64,000 nucleotides of DNA from assembly GCA_002753465.1 (NCBI GenBank), contig PEAF01000005.1, positions 867-64,866 of the forward strand, written 5' to 3'. This document shows positions 8,983-19,754 of the stretch, piece after piece. The DNA comes from Candidatus Omnitrophota bacterium (lineage in GTDB: Bacteria > Omnitrophota > Gorgyraeia > Zapsychrales > Fredricksoniimonadaceae). Position 1 is the stretch's first letter. Each line of letters starts with the position of its first letter. A model generated the notes under the pieces. It saw only the letters and a program-made list of their open reading frames with translations, did not search any database and was not told the origin of the DNA. Position numbers and translations under genes: made by a program.

Positions 8983-10287
8983 TTAACTGCGTTTGGTAAT
9001 AGGAACATAGTCACGTTTTTGTGGGCCGACATAGATCTGACGCGGACGCCCGATCTTTGAACCGCCGGGCACCTCGGTCATCTCTTTCCAGTGCGCGATC
9101 CATCCAGGCATGCGTGCAATGGCAAACATGACCGTGAACATATTATTCGGTATCCCGATGGCTTTATAGATCAACCCGCTGTAGAAATCAACGTTCGGAT
9201 AAAGATTACGCTCGACAAAATAATCATCCTTGAGGACTTTCTCTTCAAGCTTGATAGCAATATCCAGCAAAGGATCATCGATCCCCAGTTTATGAAGAAG
9301 GTCGTGCGCACACTGTTTGATGATCTTGGCCCGGGGGTCATAACTCTTGTATACACGGTGACCGACGCCCATTAAACGGAAGGAATTCGACTTGTCCTTG
9401 GCCATATTGATGTATTTATCAAGATCTCCGCCTTCATCCTTGATCATCTCAAGCATGTCGATGACCGCCTCGTTCGCCCCGCCGTGCAAAGGCCCCCACA
9501 ACGCGCAAATGCCCGACGATACTGATGCAAAAAGATTGGTCCGCGCACTGCCGACCAGCCGCACCGTCGACGTTGAGCAGTTCTGCTCATGATCGGCGTG
9601 CAGGATAAAAAGGACCTTCATCGCCTCAACGACCTCGTCGTAGATCTTATACTGCTTGGTCGGAGACGAGAACATCATGTTCAACAGATTTGGCACATAT
9701 TCAAGGTCCTCGCGCGGATAAACGAACGGCTCTCCGATCGACTTCTTGTAGGCAAACGCAACAATGGTGCGCACCTTGGACATAAGCTGTACGGCAATAC
9801 GGTTAAAATCCTCTTTGGAGGAATTCATCATATCAATGCCGGGATAATAGGCCGACAAAGAACACACCATCGAGGCCAGAACAGCCATCGGATGCGCCGA
9901 AGAAGGGTAACCCCCGAAGAACTGCTTCATATCCTCGTGGATCATGGAATGTACTGTAAAATCTTCTGAAAGGGTGCGTAATTGCTCTGCGGTAGGCAAC
10001 TCCCCGTAAATCAAAAGATGCGCCACCTCGATAAAGCTTGAATGCTCTGCCAGCTGTTCGATAGGATACCCGCGATAACGCAGGATCCCGGCGTCCCCGT
10101 CCAAATACGTGATCGCGCTGTCGCAATTTGACGTGTTACCGAACCCGTGATCAAATGTGACATAGTTGGTCAAAGACCTGAGTTTGGAAATATCGATCCC
10201 CCTCTCGCCTTCAGTCCCGACAACGACCGGAAGCTCGAACGTATTTCCGTCGAGGATTACTTTTGCTGGCTGGGGATGCTGATCCAT
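8983..10287 (-). CDS. gltA: Citrate synthase
   Basis: 434 aa. HADHEQNCSTSTVR, GPLHGGANE and GHRVYK motifs. Confidence 0.95.
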   Translation of the reverse strand: MDQHPQPAKVILDGNTFELPVVVGTEGERGIDISKLRSLTNYVTFDHGFGNTSNCDSAITYLDGDAGILRYRGYPIEQLAEHSSFIEVAHLLIYGELPTAEQLRTLSEDFTVHSMIHEDMKQFFGGYPSSAHPMAVLASMVCSLSAYYPGIDMMNSSKEDFNRIAVQLMSKVRTIVAFAYKKSIGEPFVYPREDLEYVPNLLNMMFSSPTKQYKIYDEVVEAMKVLFILHADHEQNCSTSTVRLVGSARTNLFASVSSGICALWGPLHGGANEAVIDMLEMIKDEGGDLDKYINMAKDKSNSFRLMGVGHRVYKSYDPRAKIIKQCAHDLLHKLGIDDPLLDIAIKLEEKVLKDDYFVERNLYPNVDFYSGLIYKAIGIPNNMFTVMFAIARMPGWIAHWKEMTEVPGGSKIGRPRQIYVGPQKRDYVPITKRS

Positions 10288-10361
10288 TCAACTGCCTCCG
10301 CTATTACTTTAATAAGATAAAAAAATTAAGTTAAACATTATATATAAGTAATGATCTTTTT

Positions 10362-11453
10362 TCAACCCTGACGTTCCTTGGACAGTTCGCGTGCCAGGGC
10401 ATCGACTTCACGCTTGATCGAGCGTATCTCAGGCAGGATAGCCATGAATGTATCAACGACCATGGGATCAAAATGAACTTCGCTCATTTTCCTGATCTCT
10501 TTGACAGCATCATCGACAGACCATGCCTTTTTATAAGGACGATCCGACGTCAGGGCATCAAAGACATCACACACGGCACAGATCCTCGCCGGCAAAGGAA
10601 TCTGATCACCCTTGATCTTGCTCGGATAACCCGTACCGTCCCAGCGTTCGTGGTGCCCGCGCGCGATCATCTCGGCCATCCTCAGAAAAGGCGAATCCCC
10701 TCCGGAAAGTATCTCGGCCCCGACCACCGGGTGCGTTTTCATGACAGCCCACTCTTCAGGCGTGAGAGGGCCAGGTTTCAACAGGATCGCATCAGGAATA
10801 GCGATCTTTCCCACATCATGTAAAGGCGTTGTCGCCAGCACAAGGTCGCACTCCTCATCACTCATCCCCGACGCCCGCGCCAAACACGCACAGTAACGGC
10901 TCATGCGTACGATGTGCTGTCCTGTTTCATTATCACGGCATTCAGCCGCGTAGCCGAGACGTCGGATAACATCAAGACGGCTGTTCCTCAACTCTTTCGT
11001 ACGTTCGCGGACCCTTTGCTCTAGTTCATCGTTCTTGCCGCAGAGTTCACGGTAAAGCAGGCGCACTTCGATCAAATTCCGCGCACGCAAGAGAACTTTC
11101 GGCCTGTCGTAAGGCTTGGTCAGAAAATCCTTGGCTCCGCCGGCTAAGGCGCGCAAATGCACCCTCTCATCGCTTTCCGACGTGATCACGAGTATCGGCA
11201 AATAATCATCAGGTTGATCATCTTTTAAATAACGCATCACCTGAAATCCGTCAATGCCAGGCAACCCGAGATCAAGGATAAGCAGATCTGGCTGGAACGT
11301 CGCATAGATCTTACGGATACGTTTGGCATTAGGGATAGCCCGGACATTCCTGAAACCGGATGAAAGAAGGATCGTTTCCAGTATCCTGCGGCTGACTTTG
11401 TCGTCTTCGACGATAAGGACCTTGGCATTAAGAATAGCTTCAGCTGATATCAT
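10362..11453 (-). CDS. Response regulator with HD-GYP domain (c-di-GMP phosphodiesterase type, RpfG-like)
   Basis: 363 aa. Receiver motifs (LIVEDD, DLLILDLGLPGIDG, TKP) followed by HD-GYP motifs (HDVGKIAIPD ... HHERWDGTGYP). Confidence 0.85.
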   Translation of the reverse strand: MISAEAILNAKVLIVEDDKVSRRILETILLSSGFRNVRAIPNAKRIRKIYATFQPDLLILDLGLPGIDGFQVMRYLKDDQPDDYLPILVITSESDERVHLRALAGGAKDFLTKPYDRPKVLLRARNLIEVRLLYRELCGKNDELEQRVRERTKELRNSRLDVIRRLGYAAECRDNETGQHIVRMSRYCACLARASGMSDEECDLVLATTPLHDVGKIAIPDAILLKPGPLTPEEWAVMKTHPVVGAEILSGGDSPFLRMAEMIARGHHERWDGTGYPSKIKGDQIPLPARICAVCDVFDALTSDRPYKKAWSVDDAVKEIRKMSEVHFDPMVVDTFMAILPEIRSIKREVDALARELSKERQG

Positions 11454-12226
11454 TCAACCCTTGCCTCATTAATAGAATTCAGAAAAGCATGGTCTGTCAC
11501 ATCGCACAGGACAGGTGTCATGACCGCAAACTTCTGTTGAAGGGCATACGTATCCGTGCCTTGATCCTGGCGTTGGGCAGAGGGTCGCCCCGTCAGCCAG
11601 TAATACTTCCGTCCTGAAGGGTCCTGACGCTGACAAAACTCGCCATGGATCGGAACCTTGCACTGCCTGGTCAGGATCAATCCCTTGATATCGCGCTCTT
11701 TAACATCCGGTACATTGACATTCAAAAAAGTCCCCGATGGAAGACGGTGTGCAATGGCCCAGCGCACAGCCTTGACGCCGACTTTTGCCGCAACAGTAAA
11801 ATCGGGTTCCGACCCTGAGTCGAGCGATATGGCTAATGAAGGGATGCCCATCAACGCCCCCTCCCTGGCCGCACCGACCGTCCCTGAATAAAATACGCTG
11901 CAACCGTCATTAGAACCGTTATTGATCCCTGAAACAATAAGATCCGGTTTAGCTTTCAGGACTACAGCAACACCGAATTTCACACAATCAGCCGGCGTTC
12001 CACTGATAGCGTGCGCTTTGATCTTACCGTCAAAAGGGACCGAATAATGATATATAGGATGATTTAACGTGATCGCCTGTGAGATAGAGCTTCGCTCGCT
12101 GTCAGGCGCAACCACCGTAACGTCCGCTATCTTCGACAATTGCCTGTACATCGCCAAAATACCGGGAGCGCGAACGCCATCATCATTCGTGAGTAGAATA
12201 TGCATCGGCACCTTTTTTGAGATCAT
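11450..12226 (-). CDS. surE: 5'/3'-nucleotidase SurE
   Basis: MHILLTNDDG and GINNGSN motifs. The true start is probably M8 at 12205. Confidence 0.9.
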   Translation of the reverse strand: MISKKVPMHILLTNDDGVRAPGILAMYRQLSKIADVTVVAPDSERSSISQAITLNHPIYHYSVPFDGKIKAHAISGTPADCVKFGVAVVLKAKPDLIVSGINNGSNDGCSVFYSGTVGAAREGALMGIPSLAISLDSGSEPDFTVAAKVGVKAVRWAIAHRLPSGTFLNVNVPDVKERDIKGLILTRQCKVPIHGEFCQRQDPSGRKYYWLTGRPSAQRQDQGTDTYALQQKFAVMTPVLCDVTDHAFLNSINEARVE

Positions 12227-12245
12227 CGAAAAATCTTAACACGTG

Positions 12246-13556
12246 TCACTGTCCAACGCCATGGACAACATTAAAAATATTCTTCATCCTGGCACCCGAA
12301 TCTTCCCATTTTTCCAAAGGATCCGCCCCTTTAATAAACGGCGCCCCCGCAAAAATATGCAAACAGGATTCTTCCAGGAGACAGGCTTTGGATGAAACAG
12401 CTAAACACACGCTGTTTTTACTCAAGAACCCTGCAGGACCGGAGAACCACCCTCGGTCAAAAACCTCATACTGCTGCAGAAAATGCCGTGATTTCTCTGC
12501 CGGAACACCGCACACAGACGCGGCAGGATGAAGCGCCTGAAGAAAGTCTTTGTCTATGACGCCCTCGTTAAGGTCCCCGTAGATCTTAAGTACCTCATAT
12601 TCCCGGCTCTTGTCTCCCTCACAATCGATCTGATAGGAACGGCATAATTCGCGGTAGACCTCAATGGCCGCCCCGGCAACAACGCGATGTTCCCTCAAGT
12701 TCTTATCTGTCGTCTGGCCACGCGTGTCGACAATAACACGGCTGACCACGCGCGCTCCCTGACGCGTATACAAAGGATCCATCACAACCGGGATAAAGGA
12801 CTTGTCTTTAACAGAAAAAAAGAACGACACATCCCCGCCCTCCATACGTATCAATTTCTTTAACATCCCCGGGGGCAGTGCGGACTGATCCAGTTCAAAT
12901 GTTACCCGTCTGGCCAGAACCACTTTGTGAAGATCTCCGCGTTCAAAAGCATCAAGGACCGCTTCAGATGAACATATCCAATCTTCATAATCCGGAACAT
13001 CCTCGCGGGCCACAACCAGCACATCGTCACGGGAAATGTCTTCAACAAAATACATCTTCTCTAAAATATCCCTGGCCGCGGTATCAAACGGTTCCCCGTC
13101 ACAGCCACGGACCATATTGGCCACAAGCCAACATCCCTGCTTATCCTTTAAGACCTCGACAGCGGGAAGAATGCCGCGGATCGCCGAAAAATCATCCCAC
13201 TCGATACCGCTCAGAGAACGTGCGAAACTCATGCCGACAAATATCCGCATCTCCGGACAAGCCGACATAAAATCATTGAACTGGCTCCAAACATCATCCA
13301 ATCCGTGCCATCCGTCAGATGCCACCTCAAAAGACGCACCTACACCGGCAACGGCCAAAACCTGTTCCGTAGAACTGAAAAACACCCTGCGGTCATTCTT
13401 CTGGCCCAAAAGCCAGTCCAAAGGATCCATATCGATCAAAGGAACTTTAAAGCGGAGCGCAACAGGAAAAGATACCGCCGGAGAAGGCTCTCTGACGGCT
13501 TTTTCAAGCTGTTCAACCAGTTTCTTTTTCGCTTCCTCTAAACCGTAACGCATCAA
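12246..13556 (-). CDS. menF: Isochorismate synthase (menaquinone pathway)
   Basis: 436 aa chorismate-binding enzyme. The C-terminal FAGAPFIKGADPLEKWEDSGARMKNI is of the isochorismate synthase type. It is adjacent to ubiE/menG. Confidence 0.75.
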   Translation of the reverse strand: MMRYGLEEAKKKLVEQLEKAVREPSPAVSFPVALRFKVPLIDMDPLDWLLGQKNDRRVFFSSTEQVLAVAGVGASFEVASDGWHGLDDVWSQFNDFMSACPEMRIFVGMSFARSLSGIEWDDFSAIRGILPAVEVLKDKQGCWLVANMVRGCDGEPFDTAARDILEKMYFVEDISRDDVLVVAREDVPDYEDWICSSEAVLDAFERGDLHKVVLARRVTFELDQSALPPGMLKKLIRMEGGDVSFFFSVKDKSFIPVVMDPLYTRQGARVVSRVIVDTRGQTTDKNLREHRVVAGAAIEVYRELCRSYQIDCEGDKSREYEVLKIYGDLNEGVIDKDFLQALHPAASVCGVPAEKSRHFLQQYEVFDRGWFSGPAGFLSKNSVCLAVSSKACLLEESCLHIFAGAPFIKGADPLEKWEDSGARMKNIFNVVHGVGQ

Positions 13557-13557
13557 T

Positions 13558-14247
13558 TTACTCCCGTGCCCGCACGGCTGTATAAATAGTCACGCCGCCT
13601 GCCATCAATGAACATCGCGCGCCGTCCATAAACCCGACCTGAGCCATGATCCTTTCAAAGCGCTCCCCATATGGAAACGCCAATATCGTCCTGACAAGGT
13701 AATTATACGCCGATATCCGCCCTGTGCAAAGACCTCCGATAAAAGGGACGCACCACTTCAAATAGAACCTGTACCCTGACCTCGATAGAGGCGATGCCGG
13801 CAAAGAAAATTCAAGGGCAATGATCCTTCCCCCCGGCTTAAGGACCCGATAGGCTTCTGTCAGACCTTTTATCAGATCGCCGAAATTACGCACACCGAAT
13901 CCAACCGTTACAACATCAAAACTTTTATCAGAAAACTCCAGTGCCAAAGCATTGCCTTTTTCAAGGCGGACCTTATCTGAAAGGCCTTTTGCAAAAACCT
14001 TTTCCTTTCCGAGGCTTAACATCCCGTCCGAAAGATCGATCCCGATTACCTCAACCACCCTCGGATCTGACGCCATGGCAATAGCCACATCCGCCGTTCC
14101 CGTTGCCAGATCAAGAACACGCAACCCATTACCCGCCGGGAGATGCTCTCTCATCCGATCACGCCATGTCCGGTCAAGTCCAAAAGACAAGACCCGATTG
14201 GTCTGGTCATAACCAGCGGATATGCTATTAAAAAGATCAATGGGCAT
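13558..14247 (-). CDS. ubiE: Demethylmenaquinone/ubiquinone C-methyltransferase
   Basis: 229 aa. [17 protein letters not shown] plus SAM-binding [10 protein letters not shown]. Confidence 0.85.
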   Translation of the reverse strand: MPIDLFNSISAGYDQTNRVLSFGLDRTWRDRMREHLPAGNGLRVLDLATGTADVAIAMASDPRVVEVIGIDLSDGMLSLGKEKVFAKGLSDKVRLEKGNALALEFSDKSFDVVTVGFGVRNFGDLIKGLTEAYRVLKPGGRIIALEFSLPASPLSRSGYRFYLKWCVPFIGGLCTGRISAYNYLVRTILAFPYGERFERIMAQVGFMDGARCSLMAGGVTIYTAVRARE

Positions 14248-15175
14248 TCAAAAAGCTCTCGACCTCAAGGGCAGCCATGCACCCGGACCCAGCCGCAACG
14301 ATCGCTTGACGGTATTTCTTATCCTGCACGTCCCCGCAGGCAAAAAGGCCTTCAATACTTGTTTGCGTTGTGCCTGGTTTGGTCTTGATATAACCGACCT
14401 CATCACATTCAGCCTGCCCTGCCAGGAAAGCGGTATTGGGCGTATGGCCAATGGCATAAAATAACCCGCCACACACAAGATCGCTGATAACCCCAGACTT
14501 GACGTTTTTCACCTTAAGGCCAGCCAAAAATTTTTCACCCGACGCCTCGACAGGAACAGTACTCCAGAGGATTTCCACCTTGGGATGATCCAGCACGCGC
14601 GCCTGCATGGCCTTTGATGCCCTGAATTCGTCCCGGCGATGCATTAAAACGACCTTAGACGCATACTTCGTCAAATGGCACGCCTCTTCAATGGCAGAAT
14701 CTCCGCCTCCGACAACGACAAGGACCTTGTTGCGAAAAAGCGGCAATGCTCCGTCACACACCGCACACGCCGATATACCCCGCTGCCAGTATTTATCTTC
14801 GCCGGGTATATTCATCCTTTTGGCAATAGCCCCTGTGGCCAAAATAATGGCTTTAGCCTCGATATCAAGGCCTCCATCTGTAACAAGACGAAAAGGCCTT
14901 TTAGAAAGATCAATACGCTCGACCGTCTGTGTTTCGATGCGCGTCCCGTGCTTGATCGACTGTTCACGCATACGCTGCATTAGCTCCGGTCCACTGATAC
15001 CCTCAGGAAACCCTGGAAAGTTCTCAACCTCGGTCGTTGTGGTCAATTGACCGCCCGCCGCCACACCTCCGGCCATCATACCCTCGAACATCAATGGCTT
15101 TAAATTCGCCCGTGCCGCATAGATCGCCGCCGTATGCCCTGCCGGTCCTGAACCGATAATAACAAGATCTTCCAT
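14237..15175 (-). CDS. trxB: Thioredoxin reductase
   Basis: 312 aa. [16 protein letters not shown], redox-active CAVCDG and [10 protein letters not shown]. Confidence 0.95.
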   Translation of the reverse strand: MEDLVIIGSGPAGHTAAIYAARANLKPLMFEGMMAGGVAAGGQLTTTTEVENFPGFPEGISGPELMQRMREQSIKHGTRIETQTVERIDLSKRPFRLVTDGGLDIEAKAIILATGAIAKRMNIPGEDKYWQRGISACAVCDGALPLFRNKVLVVVGGGDSAIEEACHLTKYASKVVLMHRRDEFRASKAMQARVLDHPKVEILWSTVPVEASGEKFLAGLKVKNVKSGVISDLVCGGLFYAIGHTPNTAFLAGQAECDEVGYIKTKPGTTQTSIEGLFACGDVQDKKYRQAIVAAGSGCMAALEVESFLNAH

Positions 15176-16252
15176 TTATTCCCTCACTTTAAAAGGCCGT
15201 AATTCGTCTAAACTCTTTAATCCTTCCGGCAACATAGGTCCTGATGATCTCGACAATAATTTATCCATGGGGATCTCTGAACTGATGGTAAACCCCGCAT
15301 CTTTGATCATCGTCAGGGTCCGAACATCCGCTGCACCGCGCGTATTCAAATACCCTTGTAAAAAGAGTGAATTGGCGGCAAACAGCCCTAAAGGTTCCAG
15401 CGAACCCAAATGGATCTCCCGTCCGGCCGCCATGCGTATTTCCGCCTTGGGATTCATAAGACGGAATAAACACAGCACCCTCAGGCAATACTCCGGCGAT
15501 AATCCCCGCGCTTCTTTCAACGCGATGCCGGGAATAGGGATCAGAAAGTTTACCGGTATCGATTCTGCCCCTAACTCTCGGAGGTTATAGGTCATTTCAT
15601 AAAGATCCTGCGCATTCTCACCCATGCCGATAATGACCCCCGAACAGACGGCCAAACCTTCGGCATGCGCCGCTTGCAATGTTTGAAGGCGATCGGCGTA
15701 AGTATGCGATGTGCAAATATGATGGTAATATTTCTCAGAGGTGTTGAGATTATGGTTCAAACGATCAAGCCCGGCCTCTTTCAATTGCCGCGCCTGATTA
15801 CGGTCAACGGCACCCGCTGACACACAGACTTCGATCTTATGGCGTTGCTTGATCTGCTTGATAAGACGCACCAGATGATCTACCCGCTCATAAGAAGGAC
15901 CTGTACCTGAAAACACCATACAATACCGCATCGCCCCGCTATCATGCGCCTCCGCGGCCTCTGCCAGTATTTCCTCATCTGACTTCATGCCATAGGGCTC
16001 GATCGGTGCGGACGAAGAGGCTGATTGCGCGCAATACCGGCAATCTTCAGGACACATCCCATTTTGAACATTGTTAAGGATATGAACGGTAACCATCTTT
16101 CCGAAATATTGGCGTCGGAATTGATAGGCTACCTGCAAAAGCTCCAGCGTTTCAAGCTGCCCGAGATCAAGGACGCGCACGGCATCCTCTTGGGACAGTG
16201 CCTCATTATTAGTTACTTTTTTTGTCAGAATGTCATAAAAACTATTATTCAT
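15176..16252 (-). CDS. bioB: Biotin synthase-like radical SAM enzyme
   Basis: 358 aa. CPEDCRYCAQS (CxxxCxxC), RYCMVFSG and LNHNLNTS. No other bio genes are nearby. Confidence 0.75.
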   Translation of the reverse strand: MNNSFYDILTKKVTNNEALSQEDAVRVLDLGQLETLELLQVAYQFRRQYFGKMVTVHILNNVQNGMCPEDCRYCAQSASSSAPIEPYGMKSDEEILAEAAEAHDSGAMRYCMVFSGTGPSYERVDHLVRLIKQIKQRHKIEVCVSAGAVDRNQARQLKEAGLDRLNHNLNTSEKYYHHICTSHTYADRLQTLQAAHAEGLAVCSGVIIGMGENAQDLYEMTYNLRELGAESIPVNFLIPIPGIALKEARGLSPEYCLRVLCLFRLMNPKAEIRMAAGREIHLGSLEPLGLFAANSLFLQGYLNTRGAADVRTLTMIKDAGFTISSEIPMDKLLSRSSGPMLPEGLKSLDELRPFKVRE

Positions 16253-16324
16253 ATGTGCGCCATTCTACCAGAAAGTTAAGAGAAATGCCTTGATTTTCAT
16301 ATTCTTTCCTTTAAAGTAAATAAC

Positions 16325-18106
16325 ATGTCAAAAGCACACACTTTTCATATGCCTGTCATGGGCACATGTTTCACCATAGATTCACCTATCCGTGTGGCAC
16401 GTTACGGCATTTCTTCAGTTATATCACTGGTCGATGACCAATTGATCGAGGATGTACGTAAATTCTACGCACGACGCTATGACATGCCCTACACCCCTAT
16501 TGCCAAATACGATGAGGATTGGCGGGCACGTCGCATCAGTGCTTATTTGAACCTTGTTGACATCATTGTCAGCAAACAGGTCGAAGAACTGAAATCCACT
16601 GCCTTTGAGCCAGAGTCCGAGATCACGCGTTATTTCGAATTTATTCCCAATGACTCACCATTAAAATCACTTTACACAAAAATGTTGAATACCCCTGATC
16701 CGACTGAAAAGGCGAAACTTCAGGTAGCATTACGCGAAGAAATCACACCCGGACGCATTGATGTCAACATTATGACCAAGCTAGACCGTCCTAACGTTGA
16801 CCGTGACGGCAACCCTCTGCCCGAACAATTCTCCGATGCCTTGTCAGCTTTGCGTGGTTTTGCCCAAAGCACTGTCAGCTCAGCCATCGAACTTTCTGCC
16901 GGCTTCAATCGCAGGCTTTACACCTACATTGAGGAATTTGCTGATTTCTATGCTGATGCGGCTGGCCATGTCAAAAAAGAGATCATCCTTAAAGTCAGTG
17001 ACTACCGGTCTGCTATCACGCAGGGAAAATTCCTGGCCAAGAAAGGCCTTTGGGTCTCAGAATTCCGCGTTGAATCAGGCCTTAATTGCGGTGGCCATGC
17101 TTTCGCTGGCTCCGGGAACCTGATGGGACCGGTCCTTGAAGAGTTCAAACAAAAACGGCAGGAACTCCTCGACCAATTAAACGGACTTTATCAAGAGGCA
17201 CTGAAAATCAAGAATAAAGTTGTTCCAACTGTTGCTATGAATTTCCGTCTGACGGCTCAAGGCGGCATTGGCACATTTAACGAAGATACATTCTTAAGGC
17301 GCTACTACGGCGTTGCATCAACCGGCTGGGGCTCTCCTTTCCTTCTCGTGCCAGAGGCGGTGCAGATCGATCAAGACACGCTCAATAAATTAGCCGCCGC
17401 AGGTGAAAATGATATTTATTTGAGCGACGTTTCCCCGCTAAACGTAGCTTTTACGACCTTAAGAAACTCCATGAGCGAGCTTAGAAAACTTCAACTTATC
17501 AATGAAGGCATTCCCGGCAGTCCGTGCCTTCTGGGTCATCTGGCTACCAATACTGAATTTACACAGAACCCTGTTTGTACGTCCTCACGCGCCTATCAGA
17601 AGCTGAAACTGGAAGCTATCAAAGCCCTTGGCCTTCCTAAAGAGGAATATGATAAACAATGCGCTAAAGTAACCGTAAAAGCATGTATATGTGCCCAACT
17701 TGGCGACGGTTTCTACATAAATACCCATCAAGAAAAAAAGATCGGCACCTACCCGGCCGTTTGCCCCGGGCCTAACACCGCTTACTTTAACAAGCCGGTA
17801 ACACTTAAGACCATGATCGACCATATTTACGGACGTACGAACATCATGCCTTTTCCCAACAGGCCACATATGTTCATTAAAGAATTAAAATTGAACTTGG
17901 ATCAATTCGCCAAATTATGCGCCGAGAAGAAAACCACCCTGGTCGAGAAGAAAGACACAGCTCTTGAAGAATTCCGTCAGAATTTAGTAGACGGCATTGC
18001 CTACTACCGCATCTTGGTTCCTCAGATCATCGAAGAGTCAGAAGCCATGCGTACGCGCATGATGGCCGAACTCGACATCTGCGCCGAACGCCTCGCAACG
18101 CTATAA
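16325..18106 (+). CDS. Uncharacterised 593-aa protein with faint NMO/FabK-like FMN TIM-barrel motifs and a Cys-rich C-terminal part
   Basis: HMPVMGTCFTIDSPIRVARYGISSVIS, VESGLNCGGHAF, LTAQGGIGT and STGWGSPFLLVPEA recall the GGH / AAGGI / GTxFL motifs of nitronate monooxygenase and enoyl-reductase barrels. A Cys cluster follows (CAKVTVKACICAQ ... AVCPGP). It is one of only four plus-strand genes. Confidence 0.3.
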   Translation: MSKAHTFHMPVMGTCFTIDSPIRVARYGISSVISLVDDQLIEDVRKFYARRYDMPYTPIAKYDEDWRARRISAYLNLVDIIVSKQVEELKSTAFEPESEITRYFEFIPNDSPLKSLYTKMLNTPDPTEKAKLQVALREEITPGRIDVNIMTKLDRPNVDRDGNPLPEQFSDALSALRGFAQSTVSSAIELSAGFNRRLYTYIEEFADFYADAAGHVKKEIILKVSDYRSAITQGKFLAKKGLWVSEFRVESGLNCGGHAFAGSGNLMGPVLEEFKQKRQELLDQLNGLYQEALKIKNKVVPTVAMNFRLTAQGGIGTFNEDTFLRRYYGVASTGWGSPFLLVPEAVQIDQDTLNKLAAAGENDIYLSDVSPLNVAFTTLRNSMSELRKLQLINEGIPGSPCLLGHLATNTEFTQNPVCTSSRAYQKLKLEAIKALGLPKEEYDKQCAKVTVKACICAQLGDGFYINTHQEKKIGTYPAVCPGPNTAYFNKPVTLKTMIDHIYGRTNIMPFPNRPHMFIKELKLNLDQFAKLCAEKKTTLVEKKDTALEEFRQNLVDGIAYYRILVPQIIEESEAMRTRMMAELDICAERLATL

Positions 18107-18132
18107 AACACCTGACTCTCCAGCCATATCTC

Positions 18133-19740
18133 TTATGTTAAAGCTACTTCGGTGGGAATATGCACGGCAAACGTCGTTCCATGTCCCGGCGCGCTTACGA
18201 CAAGAATCTTACCGTTATATTTTCGTATAATGCCATAGGCAATCGACAATCCTAAGCCCGTACCAACACCAACATCTTTTGTCGTAAAGAATGGTTCAAA
18301 GATATGCGCGCGTACTTCCGGAGGAATACCTGTGCCGTTATCCATGATTTCAACAACTACGTGGCCGTCCTTAAGAAATGTCCTGACGCTTATCCTTCCT
18401 TTATCCTGGATCGCCTGCGCGGCATTAAGCAGAATATTCCTGAAAACATTGCCCAATTCCTGGGCATTGGCCAATATCTTCGGTAAAATACCGTATTCAC
18501 GTACAAGATCACCTTTATATTTAAACTCGCTGTTAACCATGTTAATGGACACCTCGATCACATCGTGGACATCAAGATACTCATTATTGAACATGGTAGC
18601 CCTTGCAAAAAGCTTTAGGTCAGAAATGATCTTGCTGACACGCAGCGCTCCTGACTTTGTCTCGTCAACAAGAGGATACAGATCTGCCTCCAGGGCCGCA
18701 AATTTAACAGCCTCCCTCATTTCATGGATCTTACCAACACATGCCCGTGCTCCGGCAATATCATTATCTTTTAAGTATACCTCGAGGAATTCATACCCCC
18801 TAAGAACCCCATCGATCGCAAGAAGATATGCCCTTAACGTATCCATATTACTAATAATGAATGCCATGGGATTATTGATCTCATGCGCTATGCCTGCAGC
18901 AAGTTGACCGATAGACGCCATTTTCTCAGACTCGATCAGTTTCTGCTGCGCCAGCTTCAATGATTCCGTGCGTCGTATTACCTCTTTTTCAAGAAGCTCG
19001 TTGTGCAGCATGACCTGTTCTAACATATCATTAAAGGCATTCGCCAGAAAACCCACCTCATCATTAGCGTGCACTTTAGCGCGTAAGGTGTAATTCTTCT
19101 TTTTAGAAATATTGGCTATCAGATGGGACAGATCGACAATGGGGTCAATGATAAAACGCTGCAACTGAAACAGGAGGAATGCGGCCAGTAACATCGCGAT
19201 GCCGTTAGCCAATAAGATGCCTTTAACGGTGCGCTGAACGCTCAGGAACATCATCTCTTCGGAAATACCGACGACAACCTGCCCGAACGCCTCATCATCA
19301 ATAATGATAGGGATTGTAATCTGATCGATCATTTTCTGTCGCTGCAGTAAAACGACCATGCCGTTAATATCAGACGGCCTGTCATTGCGTTCCATCAACT
19401 TCTTAACGAGTGGCTTTCTAAAATTGAAACTGGCAAAGAAACTTGTTAGAGGCTTATGTTCACTGTCATAAATAATGGCATAAACGATCTCAGGGTCATT
19501 GTTGATCTTATCGACGATATTATCAAGTTGTACATAATTCTTGTACAACAGGGGATCTTTGCTGATATCCGCAACATACGCCCCGACGCTCTTGGCTTTA
19601 TCCTGCAGTGATTTCTTCCAAAGGCCGACCTCATTGTGGGTAATGATCACAGAAACCGTCAGTGCAAAAAAGAAAAGCACTGCAAGGACAATGCTCAAGA
19701 ACTTGAACTGTAAGCCTGCATTGATCCATCGCTTGATCAC
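18133..19740 (-). CDS. Sensor histidine kinase (TM-sensor-TM-HAMP-HisKA-HATPase)
   Basis: 535 aa. HAMP (NDEVGFLANAFNDMLEQV), H-box AAGIAHEINNPMAFI, N box NILLNAAQA, and G boxes DNGTGIP and GTGLGLSIAYGI. Confidence 0.9.
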   Translation of the reverse strand: MIKRWINAGLQFKFLSIVLAVLFFFALTVSVIITHNEVGLWKKSLQDKAKSVGAYVADISKDPLLYKNYVQLDNIVDKINNDPEIVYAIIYDSEHKPLTSFFASFNFRKPLVKKLMERNDRPSDINGMVVLLQRQKMIDQITIPIIIDDEAFGQVVVGISEEMMFLSVQRTVKGILLANGIAMLLAAFLLFQLQRFIIDPIVDLSHLIANISKKKNYTLRAKVHANDEVGFLANAFNDMLEQVMLHNELLEKEVIRRTESLKLAQQKLIESEKMASIGQLAAGIAHEINNPMAFIISNMDTLRAYLLAIDGVLRGYEFLEVYLKDNDIAGARACVGKIHEMREAVKFAALEADLYPLVDETKSGALRVSKIISDLKLFARATMFNNEYLDVHDVIEVSINMVNSEFKYKGDLVREYGILPKILANAQELGNVFRNILLNAAQAIQDKGRISVRTFLKDGHVVVEIMDNGTGIPPEVRAHIFEPFFTTKDVGVGTGLGLSIAYGIIRKYNGKILVVSAPGHGTTFAVHIPTEVALT

Positions 19741-19754
19741 AAAATATCCCCTGC

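Noticed and set aside
18332-18907. 191-aa plus-strand ORF; similar cases at 13036-13548 and 28015-28548
   Set aside because: These are antisense to the histidine kinase, menF and atpA respectively. The sense strands carry clear family motifs.
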